A DNA stretch of 64,000 nucleotides. Source: Nymphaea colorata (taxonomy: Eukaryota). This document shows positions 47,060 through 61,140 of this stretch, piece after piece. The stretch spans positions 16,058,001 to 16,122,000 of the forward strand of contig NC_045138.2 in assembly GCF_008831285.2 (NCBI RefSeq), written 5' to 3'. The notes below the pieces were generated by a model. That model had not been told where the DNA came from. It worked only from the letters and a program-made list of their open reading frames with translations, and did not search any database. Numbering within the stretch: the first letter of the stretch is position 1; each line of letters starts with the position of its first letter. The translations under genes were made by a program, and so were the position numbers.

Positions 47060-49749
47060 GGTGATCAAATCGGCTCTGCTGTTGTTAAAGAAAAGAAAGA
47101 AGCGGATGACAGGGGAGTTCTGCTACTCCGATATAAATAGACGGAAGAAGAATGTAGAGATGCATCTGGTATGTGCAGGATGGGGCCGGCCATATGCGCG
47201 CATTAGTTATGACGGCCACCAATATTTATTCGTTCACTCATACATCACTGTCCTTGGTCTCCATCGCTGCTGACTTGGGCACATTTAATTCGTTTTTGAG
47301 ATGAAGAATCAAAATCTGATGAATCAAATTGATCAGGTTGGTACTGGTGATTGAATTTGATAATAAAATTGTGCCCTTCAATCTAAATTTTCAGCAATGA
47401 ATAGCCAACTTAATAGAATAATTTCTGAACCACTGGCGTATACGGTGAAGCCAAGTCCGGCTTGGCGCTTGACTGCGATGAACTGATGATGATTGCGATG
47501 TTCATGTGCAACGTTGAAGAGAAGGTAGCTAATAAATAGGATCTGAAGCAAGATTATGAGATTTTTTAATGTTCTTATCTAACTCTAGTTTCGCGGCGAA
47601 GCTGGTTATGTTGTACAAATTTTTGTGCGCCGGTAGGGCTAATAGCAAAAATACCTCCAATTAATGAGAAAAGAAAACACTTTGTAAGGACAAAAAAGAA
47701 AGGGTGAAAAAGTGAAAACATTAAAAAAGACATTCTTTTAAATCATTACTAAAATTTCCCACCTTTTCTTTCAGAATATATGGGTTGCGTACACCTAACA
47801 GTACACGCAACTCACTTGCCGGTTGAAAATATAAAAATTGCTATGTTTCCGGCAGTGCTTCAAATTAAGGCCAACATTTGCAGAGACAAATATCTTATGT
47901 TATCAAATTGTTGACCATTTTAAAGAACTGATGCGTGGTCAAACAATTTTGTTTGCATAATATGGATATTTTAGAGATGATTGTCTGTAGAAGACACTAT
48001 TATGCCAAGAAAGAAACTTTTGCAAGCCATCACATCTTGATCATATAAGAACTTATGTCAACAATAACAACAACAACAACAGTAAAAAAGATGAATAAGA
48101 TGAAGTGAGCTCGGCATCAATTTTGGCATTACTTTCACTCCACCTTTTTGGGGCTTGCCTTTGTTGTTTCATCTCGCGTTGGTTTTCTTACTTAATGTGC
48201 AGATCAGTTAAGATTGTCTTGTGTTCAAATGATTGATCATCATAAAACAAGTATTAGATGGCAAGAAAAGGTTGTACACGGTGCCAAGTTGGAGACCAGT
48301 ACTCTTTAAGTCAGAAGCAAAATCATTCAGTTTTTTGAGCTTTTCCGTGATATTTGTCTTCATAATGAGCTTGATACTCAAGCTTATCACCCGCGTGGTC
48401 ATGATTATTACCACATTCAAATGTTAGACATTTCAGATTTGGAACCTATCTCTAATTTAGATGGAAAAAAATGTAATACCAAACACACATAATCACATAC
48501 AATCAGATTAAGATTTGATAATGAAGAAAACTAAGCTAAAACGATGCTGTCTTTGTTGAGTCAAGCTACCTTGATCTGGATCTGGACCCCTTAGTGGCAT
48601 ATGCTCTAACAACTGATGCTCCAACATAGGCTCATCTCATGCCTTTTCTTGCGTCGTATATGAAGATTCTCGATGGAAACGTTACATGGTAATGTCCAAA
48701 CTTGATCCAGACTCTTCAACTTGACACTTTCACAGTCATCAGTTTTTCATCACTCATGTAATCAATTCTGAATTTTAAGCTCTGAAATATGAACCAGGTT
48801 CTTGCAGATATTGTAAAGTTTGGCGACATGTGTCGCTTCATGACACAGCCATGTTTCATTCAAGAGACAGTGATGTGACTGGAACCTGCCCCCAGGAGTG
48901 CCTTAGCTTCTTGGTTAGATTGCATGTGGGATCTGGGAAATCTAGGAACACCAAATGCAAATGGCTTTTATTTCGAGTTGCCTAGAACAGGTTTCTGATC
49001 TTAGTTATAGAGTCATTCAAATTGAAAGATGCCATGAGCTTGACATATGCTAAAGTGCGAGTACATTTGAGAAGCATTGTTGGTAGAAACGTGACTACTA
49101 AATCTTTAAATTTTTTCAAAAAAGAAAAGATTTTTCATTTTACAGATTATATTTTGTCTATTAAAGATTCCTAAATTTTAAGATATCGAGGGACTCCCTC
49201 GCGTAGATTTATTCCCAAGTTGTATCATGTATGTGGACGAAAGGGTGCACGCCACCATCATCCTGCTATTGTATGGTCCCCTTTCTCTCACCGGAAATTA
49301 AATAGATGTCGTAAGGGTGGGAGTGCCACTTTCAATTATTTATGTTCATCAATTAAAAACGATGAAGGTGGATGAGTGCTACTCTTTCCTACCTTCTTAG
49401 TTCACGGGCATTTGTTTTCTTGCTCTCTTGTCTCTTTGTTCTTATTTTGTTGCCTCAGACAAGCTGGGATTATCCAGATTCCTATTAAGTTCAATATTTG
49501 ATAAGGTCTAAGCATTAGCATCACTAAGCATAAAGAATAGGAATCAGTCTCTTTGTGTTGAATGCAATCCTTTTATGACCAATTGCCGTGTTTGCTAGAA
49601 ATGTGTGTACACATGCATACACACAGACGCCACGGCAGCGACGGAGCCTTAAATGTAGATTAGCGGCGTGGTGCACTATACTCAGCTAGGACAGTTTTGT
49701 CTTGTTGGGGATAAATGCGGAAACTGAGGCCGAGGGCATGTGACGATTA

Positions 49750-51200
49750 AGGCATCAGGCTGGGAAAGAATGGGACACCTGCTCTGAAAGTCTTGATTCA
49801 CATTTGCTTTGCCACAGATATGATTGCTATCATCAAAAAAATGTTGAGAAGTTTCTGAATTTGGGTGGTTTGTCAAACATATGAGAATTTATCTGTGTGG
49901 AGAATCGAGTCTATAGTAGAACAATGGATTGGGGAACCATGTGATGAATCTTTCTCAAGTGGGAGTCATGTTGAAGGTTGGAATTCTTTGCAATTGTGTG
50001 AAAGAAAACTAGTCCTAGAATGATAGTGCAAATGAACCATCTAGTGGCTATATAGACGGTTCATTCATAGTTTCTCCGTCAGAGGCAATGCCATGGTCCA
50101 ACATGAATCATTGAAGAAGTGTGGGATTTTCACTTATCATTTGATTGTAGTAACAATTAAGCGATGGATCAGCAGAGAAATGGGTAATCAGCAAAAAGAT
50201 GGGGGCTCTTATTTTCAAAAGAGATCTTTTGTTGCAGAAGATCGATATCAAGAACTCAAACCACAGATCGAGATATCATGAAGCAATTAATGATAAGGGT
50301 TGTGAAAGAATGGGATTTAACTTAACGGGATTTAAGTTTCAACTTTTCGATTGAGCCGCAATTTATGCTTATGGGTTCATCCCAGGATGGGTCTGTAAGC
50401 AGAGTTGGCTAGATGAATTAGCATGCGGAGTCAAAAGATTGAATGATACAGCTCACAAGCGCGTCATACACCTGGCCCAGGAGTGCAGTGAGTAGGACCT
50501 TCAGGTTGAGGGAGACCAAATGGTTCAGTACATGTGAGTGAACTCACGTTTAATCCGGTAGGATCCGCCTAATCCCAGCTTGTCGATATAAATGAACACA
50601 AGAAAACAATGTACAAGAGAAACAGGAAAGAAATCCACATCAACCAGTTCACAGAATTCTTGTTTTTAAATGAATGTCTGCAAAGAAATGAAGGATCCTG
50701 TTTCCTTAGTCCTCATTATAACCTCGGGCGAGGTGCCCAGAAAGATATTCTTCTGAATTCCTTCTCCAAACAATGTTTTGACAGTTCCTCCGGATGCCAC
50801 CTTGTATGTTTTGAGATGTGACTTTGGTGATAACCAAATAAGGATCCCTACTGCTGTGCTTTTCCCGTCTAAACTGGATGATCTCAGCTAATGAGGGGCT
50901 GATCAGGGGAATACGGGCTGTAAGCGATACGAACTCTTGAACAGGAGTTCTTTCCTGTTACTGTTCTTCATAAGTAGATAGAATACACGGGGAAAAGGGG
51001 CCAGCTATTAAAAGTTAGAAGAATCGACAGCTGCTCTCATGACTCATCTGCTCTAGATTTCTGCTTGAACTCATTCTGGGAAAGGCTATATGAGAATGGT
51101 AGGGGTAAAGCTGCAACAGCTCTCATTTAAGACGTCTGTCCGTTCCCGCTACAATAGTGCTTCAGAAAGAGCCTCAACCGGATATCTGGATATCTGATTA
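49750..51200 (-). mobile_element. Highly degenerate LINE (L1 ORF2 3' region) relic
   Basis: Broken minus-strand frames give FGEG../RISFW (resembling L1 GxGxxxxFW) near 50730-50770 and IATRWFIC near 50030-50053 (zf-RVT-like); many stops. Confidence 0.3.
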
Positions 51201-51353
51201 CTAATTTTGGGAGACAGGATTGAAGTCGATATCAAATGGAAACTTACAGAAATAGGGAATGGGTCCAACACCCTTCTCACTCTTTCCTTTTTTAGTCTTG
51301 ATTTTTTCTTTTGCCAACCATCTTTTCGCTACCTTAAGATTGGTGGACACTAA

Positions 51354-51812
51354 CGCCCTGTTTGGTTGGAGGGAAAGGGAGGGAAAGGAAGGGACGGAAA
51401 GGAAGGGAAAGGAAAGGGAAGGGAAGAGGAAAGGAAGGGAAAAGAATGGAATGGAAAGGAAAGGAAAGAGTGATTAAAAAACTTGTTTGGATAGAAAGGA
51501 AAGGAAAGGAAAGAAAAGACTAAAATCTTCTTCAGTTTTTCTTTTAGACGTGGGTCCTCATGGGTATTATGGGCAAAAAAAACTTTTCATCTTCCTTTCC
51601 TTTCCTTTCCCTCCCAATCCGTCCGATTTGGGAGGGATTGAATTTACACTAATCTATCCTTTCCTTTCCCTCCCTTTCCTTTCCCTCCCCTCGCAGCCAA
51701 ACATACTTTGTCTCTTTCCCTCCCTTTCCCTCCTTTCTAATTAGCCAACCAAAACAAAAGAGGGATTGTTCAATCCCTCCCTTTCCTTCCCATTCCCTCC
51801 AACCAAACTTGA
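51354..51812. mobile_element. Tourist/PIF-Harbinger-like MITE with GGAAA/TTTCC arms
   Basis: TAA then CGCCCTGTTTGGTTGGAGGGAA on the left; TTCCCTCCAACCAAAC on the right; purine-rich left half complements pyrimidine-rich right half; right TSD not resolved. Confidence 0.75.
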
Positions 51813-52519
51813 AAATCTTATACCATTTTAAGACTGGTCCCTTCAAGCTCTTATTTTCTCGTTCTCACTTAATTTCCCTCTCCCTTCCCTTTTTTCTTTT
51901 GTTTTTACTTTTTATAACAATCGTCCCTAACATAGGATCAATGAATCCTATAGAAGAAAAAATACATGAAAATACACCAACGCACGCATGTCTGCGAGAG
52001 AGAGAGAGATGGGGAGAATTGTAGACATGTCCGTATAGTCCCACTCTACCTGCTTACCAAAAGAGAGGAATGCCATAATGAATTTTCGGCTTATATCAAA
52101 TTCTCTGCTTATTATATGCTCCACAGTACAGTAATTTCAGTGAGATCTAAGAAAATGTAACTTAGGACAACTGATTTTGAAGATTTCACGAGTATAAAGT
52201 ATAAATGTGAGCCTGGGATATTTGAGCCTGAGATGTGCATAATGATACTAAATGCTTTGGTCTACCGCATTTAATCAAATAGTTATGTCGCAGGCAGACA
52301 ACCATAATTACAGGTTCCGCAAACAGTGAACTGTGCATCGTTGGCATCAGGTGACCACAGAGGATTCCGAAAATTTGGAGAAAAAAATAAGGCGCTTCTC
52401 ATATGGAACAATGAATATAATACAAGAAACTTCTCAACTGCAATACATTGGCTGGAATTTCATAATTTACATTATCAAATAATACAAGCCAAATCACTCA
52501 CTCTCTCTCTCTCCCTCCC

Positions 52520-55500
52520 CTACAAGAAAGGGAAGATAATATATTCAATGTAGAAGAGATTCCATATGAATCGATAGAACTTTGATATTGCTTCCTGCAG
52601 AGCATAAGTTCAAGACACGTTAGACAGGACAGCACCAACAATAATGAACTCTCACTAAATCATATCTCATGCAGCTTTTAGTCACCTACTAAACGGAAGA
52701 GGCCTTGGACAGGCTATCATTCAATTGCTAGTTGCATGACTTCTAACATTTCATTTCCCCGTTTTTACTGCGTCAATATTGTTAGTATGATGGTCGACTT
52801 CTCTTCAACTTCCAAATTAAATTTAATTTTCTTAAGAAAAGTTTCAGTTAGGGCTAAAGGATTTGACTCCTGGCCACCACAAAATGGTTTGGCAGATCAG
52901 GAATAAAAATGATGCAGGTGAGAGTACAACTAGTTTCTTATTTCCACATTCTATATTGTGTTTGCATTAACTTACATACATGTTTATGCTTTTCTAGTTC
53001 ATTTAGGATATTAATAAAGCACCTCTAATTGAAATCAGAGAAAATGAAGCAAGGGTCATATCAGATATATTTCTCCAATACATGCATGAAGGTTAACAGA
53101 TTGTTTGGAAATACTTCAATTTTTTCCTATTCCTTAAGCAATCTGATTTACTGCAAAAAAATTTATCAATCATTATGAATTTGGAGCATCTAAAAACTTT
53201 CTTGAGAAAACTGAATGCCAGGTTTACCTTTGTATACTTTGACTGTTCCAGTAACCACGCCTGCCAGGGAAAAAAAGGAGGTGTAAAGAGATCAATAATA
53301 TAACTAGTATACAGAACTAAAAGAAAGCACATCTGTCCATTCGTTACATCTCTAAACAGAAACCTTCAGCCAGGATATGGATAACAAGTTGATCTACTCA
53401 TTCTAAGCCACTGGACACAAATAGCCATAACAACGATGGATAGACATGATCATGGATATCTACAGAATGAAACATGTCACAAGTGACATGATGCTGAACG
53501 AGGTATTAATAGCTGCTCCCTAGAAAAGATCTGCAAGATTAACCCAAAATAGGGCTCTCATCTGCCAAAACTGAGATATGCTGGACATACCAACCACTTT
53601 TTGGAACTCAAAGACAAAGATCGCTGAATAACAAAATTTTGCAAAGATTCAGGTATATTTTCATCTGTTAATTTATACAACTAGTTTGTATCACATTAAA
53701 GTGGCAATAATGTAATATCTTTCTAATGATAAAAGTCAACAAGGCTTCAGGACGTGCTAGAATTTGCCGGCCAGATAGAAAATAGTTTTGGGATAAACTA
53801 ATGTATGTTTAAAAGAAGAAAAACTAATCATAGACAAAAGAGATCCTTCACAAACCTGAAAAGTCAAACTTGATGCCAAGATCAAATGTGCTACTATCAT
53901 TAAATTCCTTCTGAAAACCTACAAAAATATGTGAACTTTTAGAAAGAAATATCTACAACAAAGCAGATAAAAAAAAGTAATATCCAACAATCAAGCAAAA
54001 AATCAAACATATAAACAAAATTGACAAAAGACATGATTGGATAGACAGATGTCACAGATCAAAACATCTAGAGAACCATACACGTGGCATCAGAAAATTA
54101 TAAAACAGTTTCTCCAACATGACTTCTTGGGCATGCATTGAGGTTGCATTGTAAAGTGTTAAATGATGTTGATCTAAAGCAGTTAATAAGCAATGCCAGA
54201 GGAACCTACCTTTGGCCAAAGATCAGTCATGGAAATATATAAGAATGTAATGAGACACAATCAAATAGAAAAGAAAAATGCGGTCAATAAGTCCTTCTGA
54301 ATGACACATTGTAAAATGCCAGCTCACCATGGGAAAATAAGATGCTGCAAGTACGGCTCCCACATAGTTTGCCAGCAAAAGGCCTGACCCAAGAAATGCA
54401 ATGTTTCTAACACCAAGTTTGGTTGCTAAGGTTGATATCTGGAACCTGCAAGACATGATTTTCATGTGAAATATGACTGCTAACAAATTACTATGGTTTC
54501 TCTAATATTTTACAGAAAGCTTGCATTGTAATACAAGCAGAAAAAGGAGCTTCCAACCAATAACAAAGTAATAGAAACCTCTCTGTCTCTCTCCCTCCCT
54601 CTGTGTGTGAGAACATAAAAGCCAGATTCCAATATGAGCACATTTTAACAAGGAAAGGACATGACATATGGGAAAGATGACAGAGGAAAATGAATTCAAG
54701 GCACAATAAGAAGTGTAAGACAGTAACTAAAGTGTGATTCCAGTTCAGATAACAGAGTATACAGATCAAAAGATCAAACTTCAGCTTAGCCATGAATTTC
54801 AAAAATATTGTGAATAGTTTTTATGGGTTTTGACTTTTCAATTGTTTGCCGGTCACAATTGGCAGTGTAAAGACTGATCAGAGGCTATGTTACATAGGTA
54901 CGGGTACGGGTGCCGGTACCAGTGCGGGTACGGGTACAGACCATTTTCAAAAAACTTGGGTGCGGGGGTACGGCCATACATATATATAAACAATAAAAAA
55001 TACTTAGAAAATATGTATAAAAATAAAGAATACACATCAACATAAACAAATAAATAACACAGAAAATATATATCAACGGCTCTTGCAGCAGTGTGTTTAA
55101 GAATCCTATGAAAAACTTTAAACATATGGACAACCAAGCAGCCCCCTAGTCAAATATGAACATCAATCGAATTTTCACATCCAAAGAATAAAATAAAAGT
55201 AAGGTGAAAAAAATTAAATCAAAGTAAAATTAAACAGTTTGGATCTATAGGTACCCAAGTGTCAAAGTACCCATTTTGAGTACGGGTAATGTTATTCGTA
55301 TCGTACGATACGCGTTCGTATCGTACGATATGCATACGATGCACGATACGGCCGTGTATCGTATGTGTATCGCACGACACGGGCGATACACCCCTGTATC
55401 GCACGATACAGACAATACACTCCCGTATCGTACAATACGGGGAAATTTTTAGAAAAGGGGCCCCGACGTCCCCTTTTTTGCGTCTTCTTGTATATACGCT

Positions 55501-58500
55501 CTTCTCTCTCTCTCTCTCTTTTCTTGTTTCTAAACACTTTAAGAGACGTGAGAGGGAGAGATTTTCCTCATTTGCATCAAGTTTTGCCCGTGAGATAGCT
55601 TTCTTTCTCGTAGATGATAACTATGTCATGTTTTGACTTCTGAACTTATGAATTGTGATGTAATTGAATACTCTTCGGCTGCTTAGTATGTTATTTTGAT
55701 TTTTGAATGTGTGATTTTTTATTTTGGAATGTCTTGTTCAAATTCATACTTCATAGTTCATACTTCATATACATGAATGATGAATGTTGCTTTAAATACA
55801 TTTTTCTTGATTTTTTCTGTTTTTTTAGAATTTTTTTGATTTTTTGTATTTTTTATAATTTTTAAATATTTTTTACAAATTAAAAAATTAATTTGACGAT
55901 ACGTTACGATACGGCGTATAGGTCAGCCCGACCGATACACGATACGCCAGTGATAACATTGGGTACGGGTACGGCAACACGGGTACGTGAACCTTACTGA
56001 AGTATCCATGTGACTTAGATCAGATGGCCAATATTCGAATACTCGAGAGTCGAGAGACTTCAAAACGTTTTGAAACTGCAAGGTTAATAGGAAACTGCAA
56101 GGTAATAGGAGATTCAGTCAGAGATGCCCAACTGTGGAAGACTAATGTGGAGAAGAAACATGAATATAGGTCCCATTCAATTCCACATCAGATCAAAGAA
56201 CACTGGACACTCTATAGACTCAATATGAGAGAATTTGGAACAAAGTTTATGAAATAAGTGAAAATATTTTTCCACATGCACCAATATAGAATAACACTTG
56301 TAAGCAACATGGATATCAATTTCAAAATTAGTCTTACTTGCGGTCTCCCTCCACATCTGGAAGGTCTTTAGTTATGGCGATGACCAATGCAAACACTGTC
56401 ACGAAGATGGTAATGAAAAGAACAGCTGCACTGCAAGAATGGATTGCAAAATGGTCAACTTGCTATCAAGCTACTTGACTAAATTGAGCTAAACTTGAAC
56501 TCATTATAGGACAGAAAGAAAGAAAAGAGCACATTTCAGTTTTCGGGCAAATAGATTACCTCCATTCAAACTTCAGCCCTAAGGCTGCTCTTGTGGCATA
56601 ATATACCCCAAAATTTAGAAGAAATCCACGAACCTAAAAAAATCATTTCGTGGTCAAAATAACAAGTTAAAAAGGTTATGAATCACATTATTTCATGTTC
56701 AGCATATTATAAAGAAAGAATAGAAAAGCCTAAGGAAAAGGAGGTGCAATGGTGGATGATGTCTTTACATATCAACGTCTAGAATCACCACAAAAATCTA
56801 CATCATTATTCACACACATGAAAGCATATATACATTTTTCTGTGTGTTAAATGCATTTTATAAGTCTAATACCTGCATGGACTTTGTAACTGTTGAGTGA
56901 TCTACGATTTTATTGGCAAACAAAACTTATACACCTTTTGTACAGGAATGATAAAAAATATAAACCTGTTCCGATAACTAATTTATAATTTAACAAATGT
57001 GTTTGACAAACACGAAGATAGACTTCGTTAACTACAATACACCTGCTGTCTGTCCCTTTTACTTATTGTTTGTTTCCTTGTATATTTGAAGATGTGCAGT
57101 CAATAGTATAATTTTGATGCACATGTTCCATGAACACCTATAAGCTCAACTAAACCATCAAATATGCACGTTAAAGTTTCAGAAAACATCAACACCTCAA
57201 AATGATGGCCTGGATGGTGATCCATGAGGTCAAACCATATTTGGAGTTGGCTGCTATTTTTATGAAATTAACCACTTCTTTTTCTTTTGTATTCTTCAAA
57301 ACAGAGACAAAGAGAGTCATTCAAGATTAATATAACATCGCAACCATGGCATGTGCAGGAATCTGGTGTGGCCCAATGCATAAAACTAACACCATGCATT
57401 TGCTTTTGCAAAAACTCCAAACAAATAAAACTCTTCAACTGTGAAGTGCATGGCCAGGACACCAGATAGCACAAATATTGACATGATCCTTGTGGCCACA
57501 TGATTGACACGTTTATTTCCCATTAGAGCTCCAAAACTGAACATGCCATACATTCTCTAAGTAGAGGCCTAAATCAAGTAACACTAAAAAAAGGCAAGTC
57601 CACAAAGAAGAGAAAGACAAAGGCAGCCTGTGACTTACTGTAGCAATTATAAGAAATGCAGCAACTGGGAATTTCTTCAGTCTAAAAGGAGGAACAGAAT
57701 AAATGGTACCCAGCAAGAGACCAAGAGTGTACAAGGCTGTGATGAAAGTTCCAAAATTTGATGAGACTATTGCAAGACCAGCTATGCCAAAACACAAGAC
57801 CAGGATCCATGCAGACTGAACTGAAAGATCCCCAGCAGCTATAGGCAAATAAGGTTTGTTTACCCTAAAAAAACCAAGTAAAAATCGAAGTGTAAATAGT
57901 TGCAAATCAAGACGTGTACACAAGAACGGAGGGGGAGAAAGAGAGAGAGAGTTTTTTTTTTTTTGGTTACTTGAGAACTATGTGCATGCAACACTCGTAC
58001 AAGACTAATACTGGTTCAAGATCCAGAGAATGATAGTAAACGAGTGTGCTGTAAGATGCAGCAAGGTTTCCAAAAAGAATTGTAGATTGCCGAAAAATAT
58101 ATCACCGAGTAGCAAAAACTTTTACACCGTGGTATCTTTACAAACACTTTCATGTCATGAGAAGGTTGTTGCAGCTGTATACTTCTGATGCATTAACCCA
58201 AAAGTCTGACAAGGAAAGTAGCATAGCGCTCTCACTATGCCACGTACTTATCAATTCCGATATCATATATTTGGTTGATTCCCACTATGTAGCCGTTTCC
58301 ACAGATAAGCGCAATTAGGCCAGAAATGGCTTTCAACAACAGCGACCAGTTTATCAGATGTTGATTCTCAAGCAAAGCCCTAGTCACCAAAGCTCTGGAA
58401 ACAAGACGAAAGGTTAACTATCAACAATAAGATCTAAGTGTGAGCACAATAGAGAAATGCAGTCAAAAGGGCAATATACCAGAGAAACCTACAACCACAT

Positions 58501-59174
58501 TAAACTAAACAAAGAAAAAAATAAAATAAATCTACGTTAAAAACTTAAAACTCACACAGATCCTAAGGCCGTCCCACGAATCGTATGAGGCCTTAGAAAC
58601 CGCCAACATGCATCACTGAATTGTGAAAACTTGTTTGGTAGTGAATTTGAACCAGCCGCTCCAACTTTAGAACATGCCTGTCAAGAGATAGAGGTCAAAC
58701 AAGCGCTGCAACGAATGCTTCTTACAAAAAAACTGGGTCCGACATTAATGTTATTCTTTCATCAGAACTGATTCCTTACTTCTCCCTTATTTGCTGACCC
58801 CGGAGAGCACCATGGGCGGACAAAAACCTTTTACATTGTTATGTAGACCGACTCAACAGGGAAAGAACCAATGAAGCAAATGCACAAAGCAACAAAAAGA
58901 AATACAGTACCCTGACAGAAGAGAGCCGTCGATTGGGCGTGGCTGACGGCGAAACACGTCTACATCCAAGCCGGACCTTGCCCACCGGAGGAATGCCGGT
59001 AACTAGCCTGGCAGTGCATGGAGAGAAAGCAGAATTGCAAAAGAAAGAAAGCGTCGGAACCCCAATTTGAGAAGCAGGACGCGCCGTCTTCCTCCTCAGC
59101 GGCGCAGAGTAAGGAGAGCAGCAGGAGAGCGAAGATGAGGAAGTGGGCAGGTGGGCGACTACAGCACGATCCAT
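52520..59174 (-). CDS. HST: Homogentisate solanesyltransferase (plastoquinone synthesis; UbiA family), 10 exons, ~404 aa
   Basis: Exons 59174-58911, 58677-58556, 58394-58248, 57864-57639, 56633-56560, 56430-56338, 54445-54328, 53918-53856, 53260-53228, 52594-52520. Transit peptide; [75 protein letters not shown]. Confidence 0.96.
54885..56018. mobile_element. hAT-type non-autonomous element (CTAAGT-ACA family) in HST intron 6, host of a nested insertion
   Basis: TIRs CTATGTTACATAGG / CCATGTGACTTAG; 8-bp TSD ATCAGAGG (54877-54884) vs ATCAGATG (56019-56026); GGGTAC subterminal repeats. Confidence 0.85.
55287..55961. mobile_element. Nested hAT-type non-autonomous element
   Basis: TIRs TAATGTTAT / ATAACATTG; flanks AGTACGGG (55279-55286) vs GGTACGGG (55962-55969); dense CGATAC/GTATCG subterminal repeats at both ends. 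Confidence 0.8.
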
Positions 59175-60354
59175 AAGAAGGGTTCAAAGACGAACAGCAC
59201 CCTCGGTCTCTTCACCAGTAGACAAGCTGAGGAACAGAAAAAGAAAATGGAAAATGATGACAGTGACGAAGAAGAGGAAAGAAAGAAGGATCGGAGACTC
59301 CTCCGCTCCTTATCTGGCACCGTCAGTGTTTCTGCTCTTCCTCCATGCGACGAGGGATTGATGGTGGTGAACAAACGGGACCCTCAAATTGATGCCCCTT
59401 GAGAGTTACACGTATGTTGTTCCTAGCTCGAGCTAAACGGGTGAACTCGAGTGTCGTATCATCTAGTTCTTTATTTTTAATTAAAAACTGACACTCTAAG
59501 CCCAGAATTGAAAACATTAGCATGAATAACTACTGTTGTGCGTACATATGAGATTTTAAAAACAGAAAAAGAAAAAAGGAATTGATTAACTTGATTTCTC
59601 CTAACTCTTGCGAAATTTGTTACACATAAAAAGCAGTACTCAGATGTCAGTTTTTATTTGTACGCAGAGAGATCGCGTTTATGTATGTTAGTTCCGTATA
59701 GTTATCAAAACAGGTCTAATGAGTTGCATTTTTCGTGTGAATTGGGATCGGGTATCTACTTGAATGGGTTGCCTAACAATTTGAATCAGCCGTTAGTACT
59801 GCTTAGAGTGTCAATATACTCATGAAAATATACTTAGTCTTAACGAACAGACCAAATTATATTTTGCCCACTTTGGCCGCAAGATCTCAAAGTCTTTCTG
59901 TTTTCAGGGAATTACAGTTGAAGAATAATCTTACAAACCAAAGAGTGAAGAAATCTTGGAGTTTCGAAGTCACACAACGAGATTCAGAACGTCTCTGGAA
60001 GAGGGTGCAAGTACAATAAGACATGCATTGTATCCAAATCAAAAGATTTCCCGATAAATGCAGAGTCTGTGACATAGTCTTATCGTCCTCGAGTCCAATC
60101 TCTTTTATATATGAAAGCCACAACCTGGGTCGAGCAGCAGCGTCCTCGAGTGCGGGATACCATGTGATTTTCTTCACTTTATTTTATATACAAAAGGAGA
60201 TATTAGAATTCCTTTGATAAGTTTGTTAAGTTCCAATTCTTTTTAGGATCTGTCTAAAACTAATCTTCGTCACCAAACTCGGGTTATGGTGTGGTCCTAG
60301 CCTATTGGACCACCAATGCACTGTCGATATGAGGCCCCTCGAGTTAGCTCTAAC

Positions 60355-60601
60355 CTAAGTCACATGGACATTGGTACGAGTATAGGCACGGATACGATGA
60401 AGCAAATATGGGTGTGTAGTTTTAGAAAATATGGGTACAGAGATACGGCAATATGTGAATATATAATATACAAAATCCCACAAACATTTGCATATTTTGT
60501 TAAAAGAAAAAAGGTTTAATGTGATTTGGATCGAGTCTGACCCAGACCTAAGTGTGGACATGATACAAGAACAAAAATTTGTCAGTGTCCATGTGACTTT
60601 G
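60355..60601. mobile_element. hAT-type MITE (CTAAGT-ACA family)
   Basis: TIRs CTAAGTCACATGGACA / TGTCCATGTGACTTTG; perfect 8-bp TSD GCTCTAAC at 60347-60354 and 60602-60609. Confidence 0.9.
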
Positions 60602-60619
60602 GCTCTAACATGTGATGGG

Positions 60620-61140
60620 GCACCTTTTCTTTTGTTGGTTAATGGGTTGTATCTGCTTGCAGGCTGAGGAAAGTGTTAAGCACTTGTTCCTTCAGTGTGG
60701 AAAAGTTGTTCAGGTGCGGAGCACTGTTGTGAATAAGTTTGGAAAGAACAGACTGCCAAGATTCAAGCAGAATTGGTAAGCAGTTTGCTGGAAGATCGCT
60801 TTTGATGTGATTGTTTTGTGGTGGTTCAGAAACGATGGCCCACGAGTCACGACAAATGGGAGTTGATATGGGGAAGTCGTAGAGATGCCTTCGCAGCAGT
60901 TAAGTGGAAGGATGAGGAGGAAGATCTGCTTAAGATCTGTTTTTCGACGGGACTGGTTTGATGGCAAGAGCAGTTTAGTAATGGGAACAATGAGCTAGCA
61001 GCTCGGCTGGTGAGGCAAAGGCAGATGTCCAAATTCACGGTGTTTTTAAGCTGGGTGGTAACAGAGGGACCTTCCTTGAGGGCTTGGAGAAATCTGTTAT
61101 GTGAACTCGAAACTCGTGATGCTGCATCAGTTAGGTGACA
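60620..61140 (+). mobile_element. LINE (L1) ORF2 C-terminal relic, zf-RVT region
   Basis: From 60648 the plus frame reads CICLQAEESVKHLFLQCGKVVQVRS, resembling the zf-RVT pattern C..C....E...HLF..C; followed by stops and frameshifts. Right boundary approximate. Confidence 0.6.

Noticed and set aside
46701..47273. 190-aa plus-strand ORF
   Set aside because: Antisense shadow of the GC-rich LTPG exon 1.
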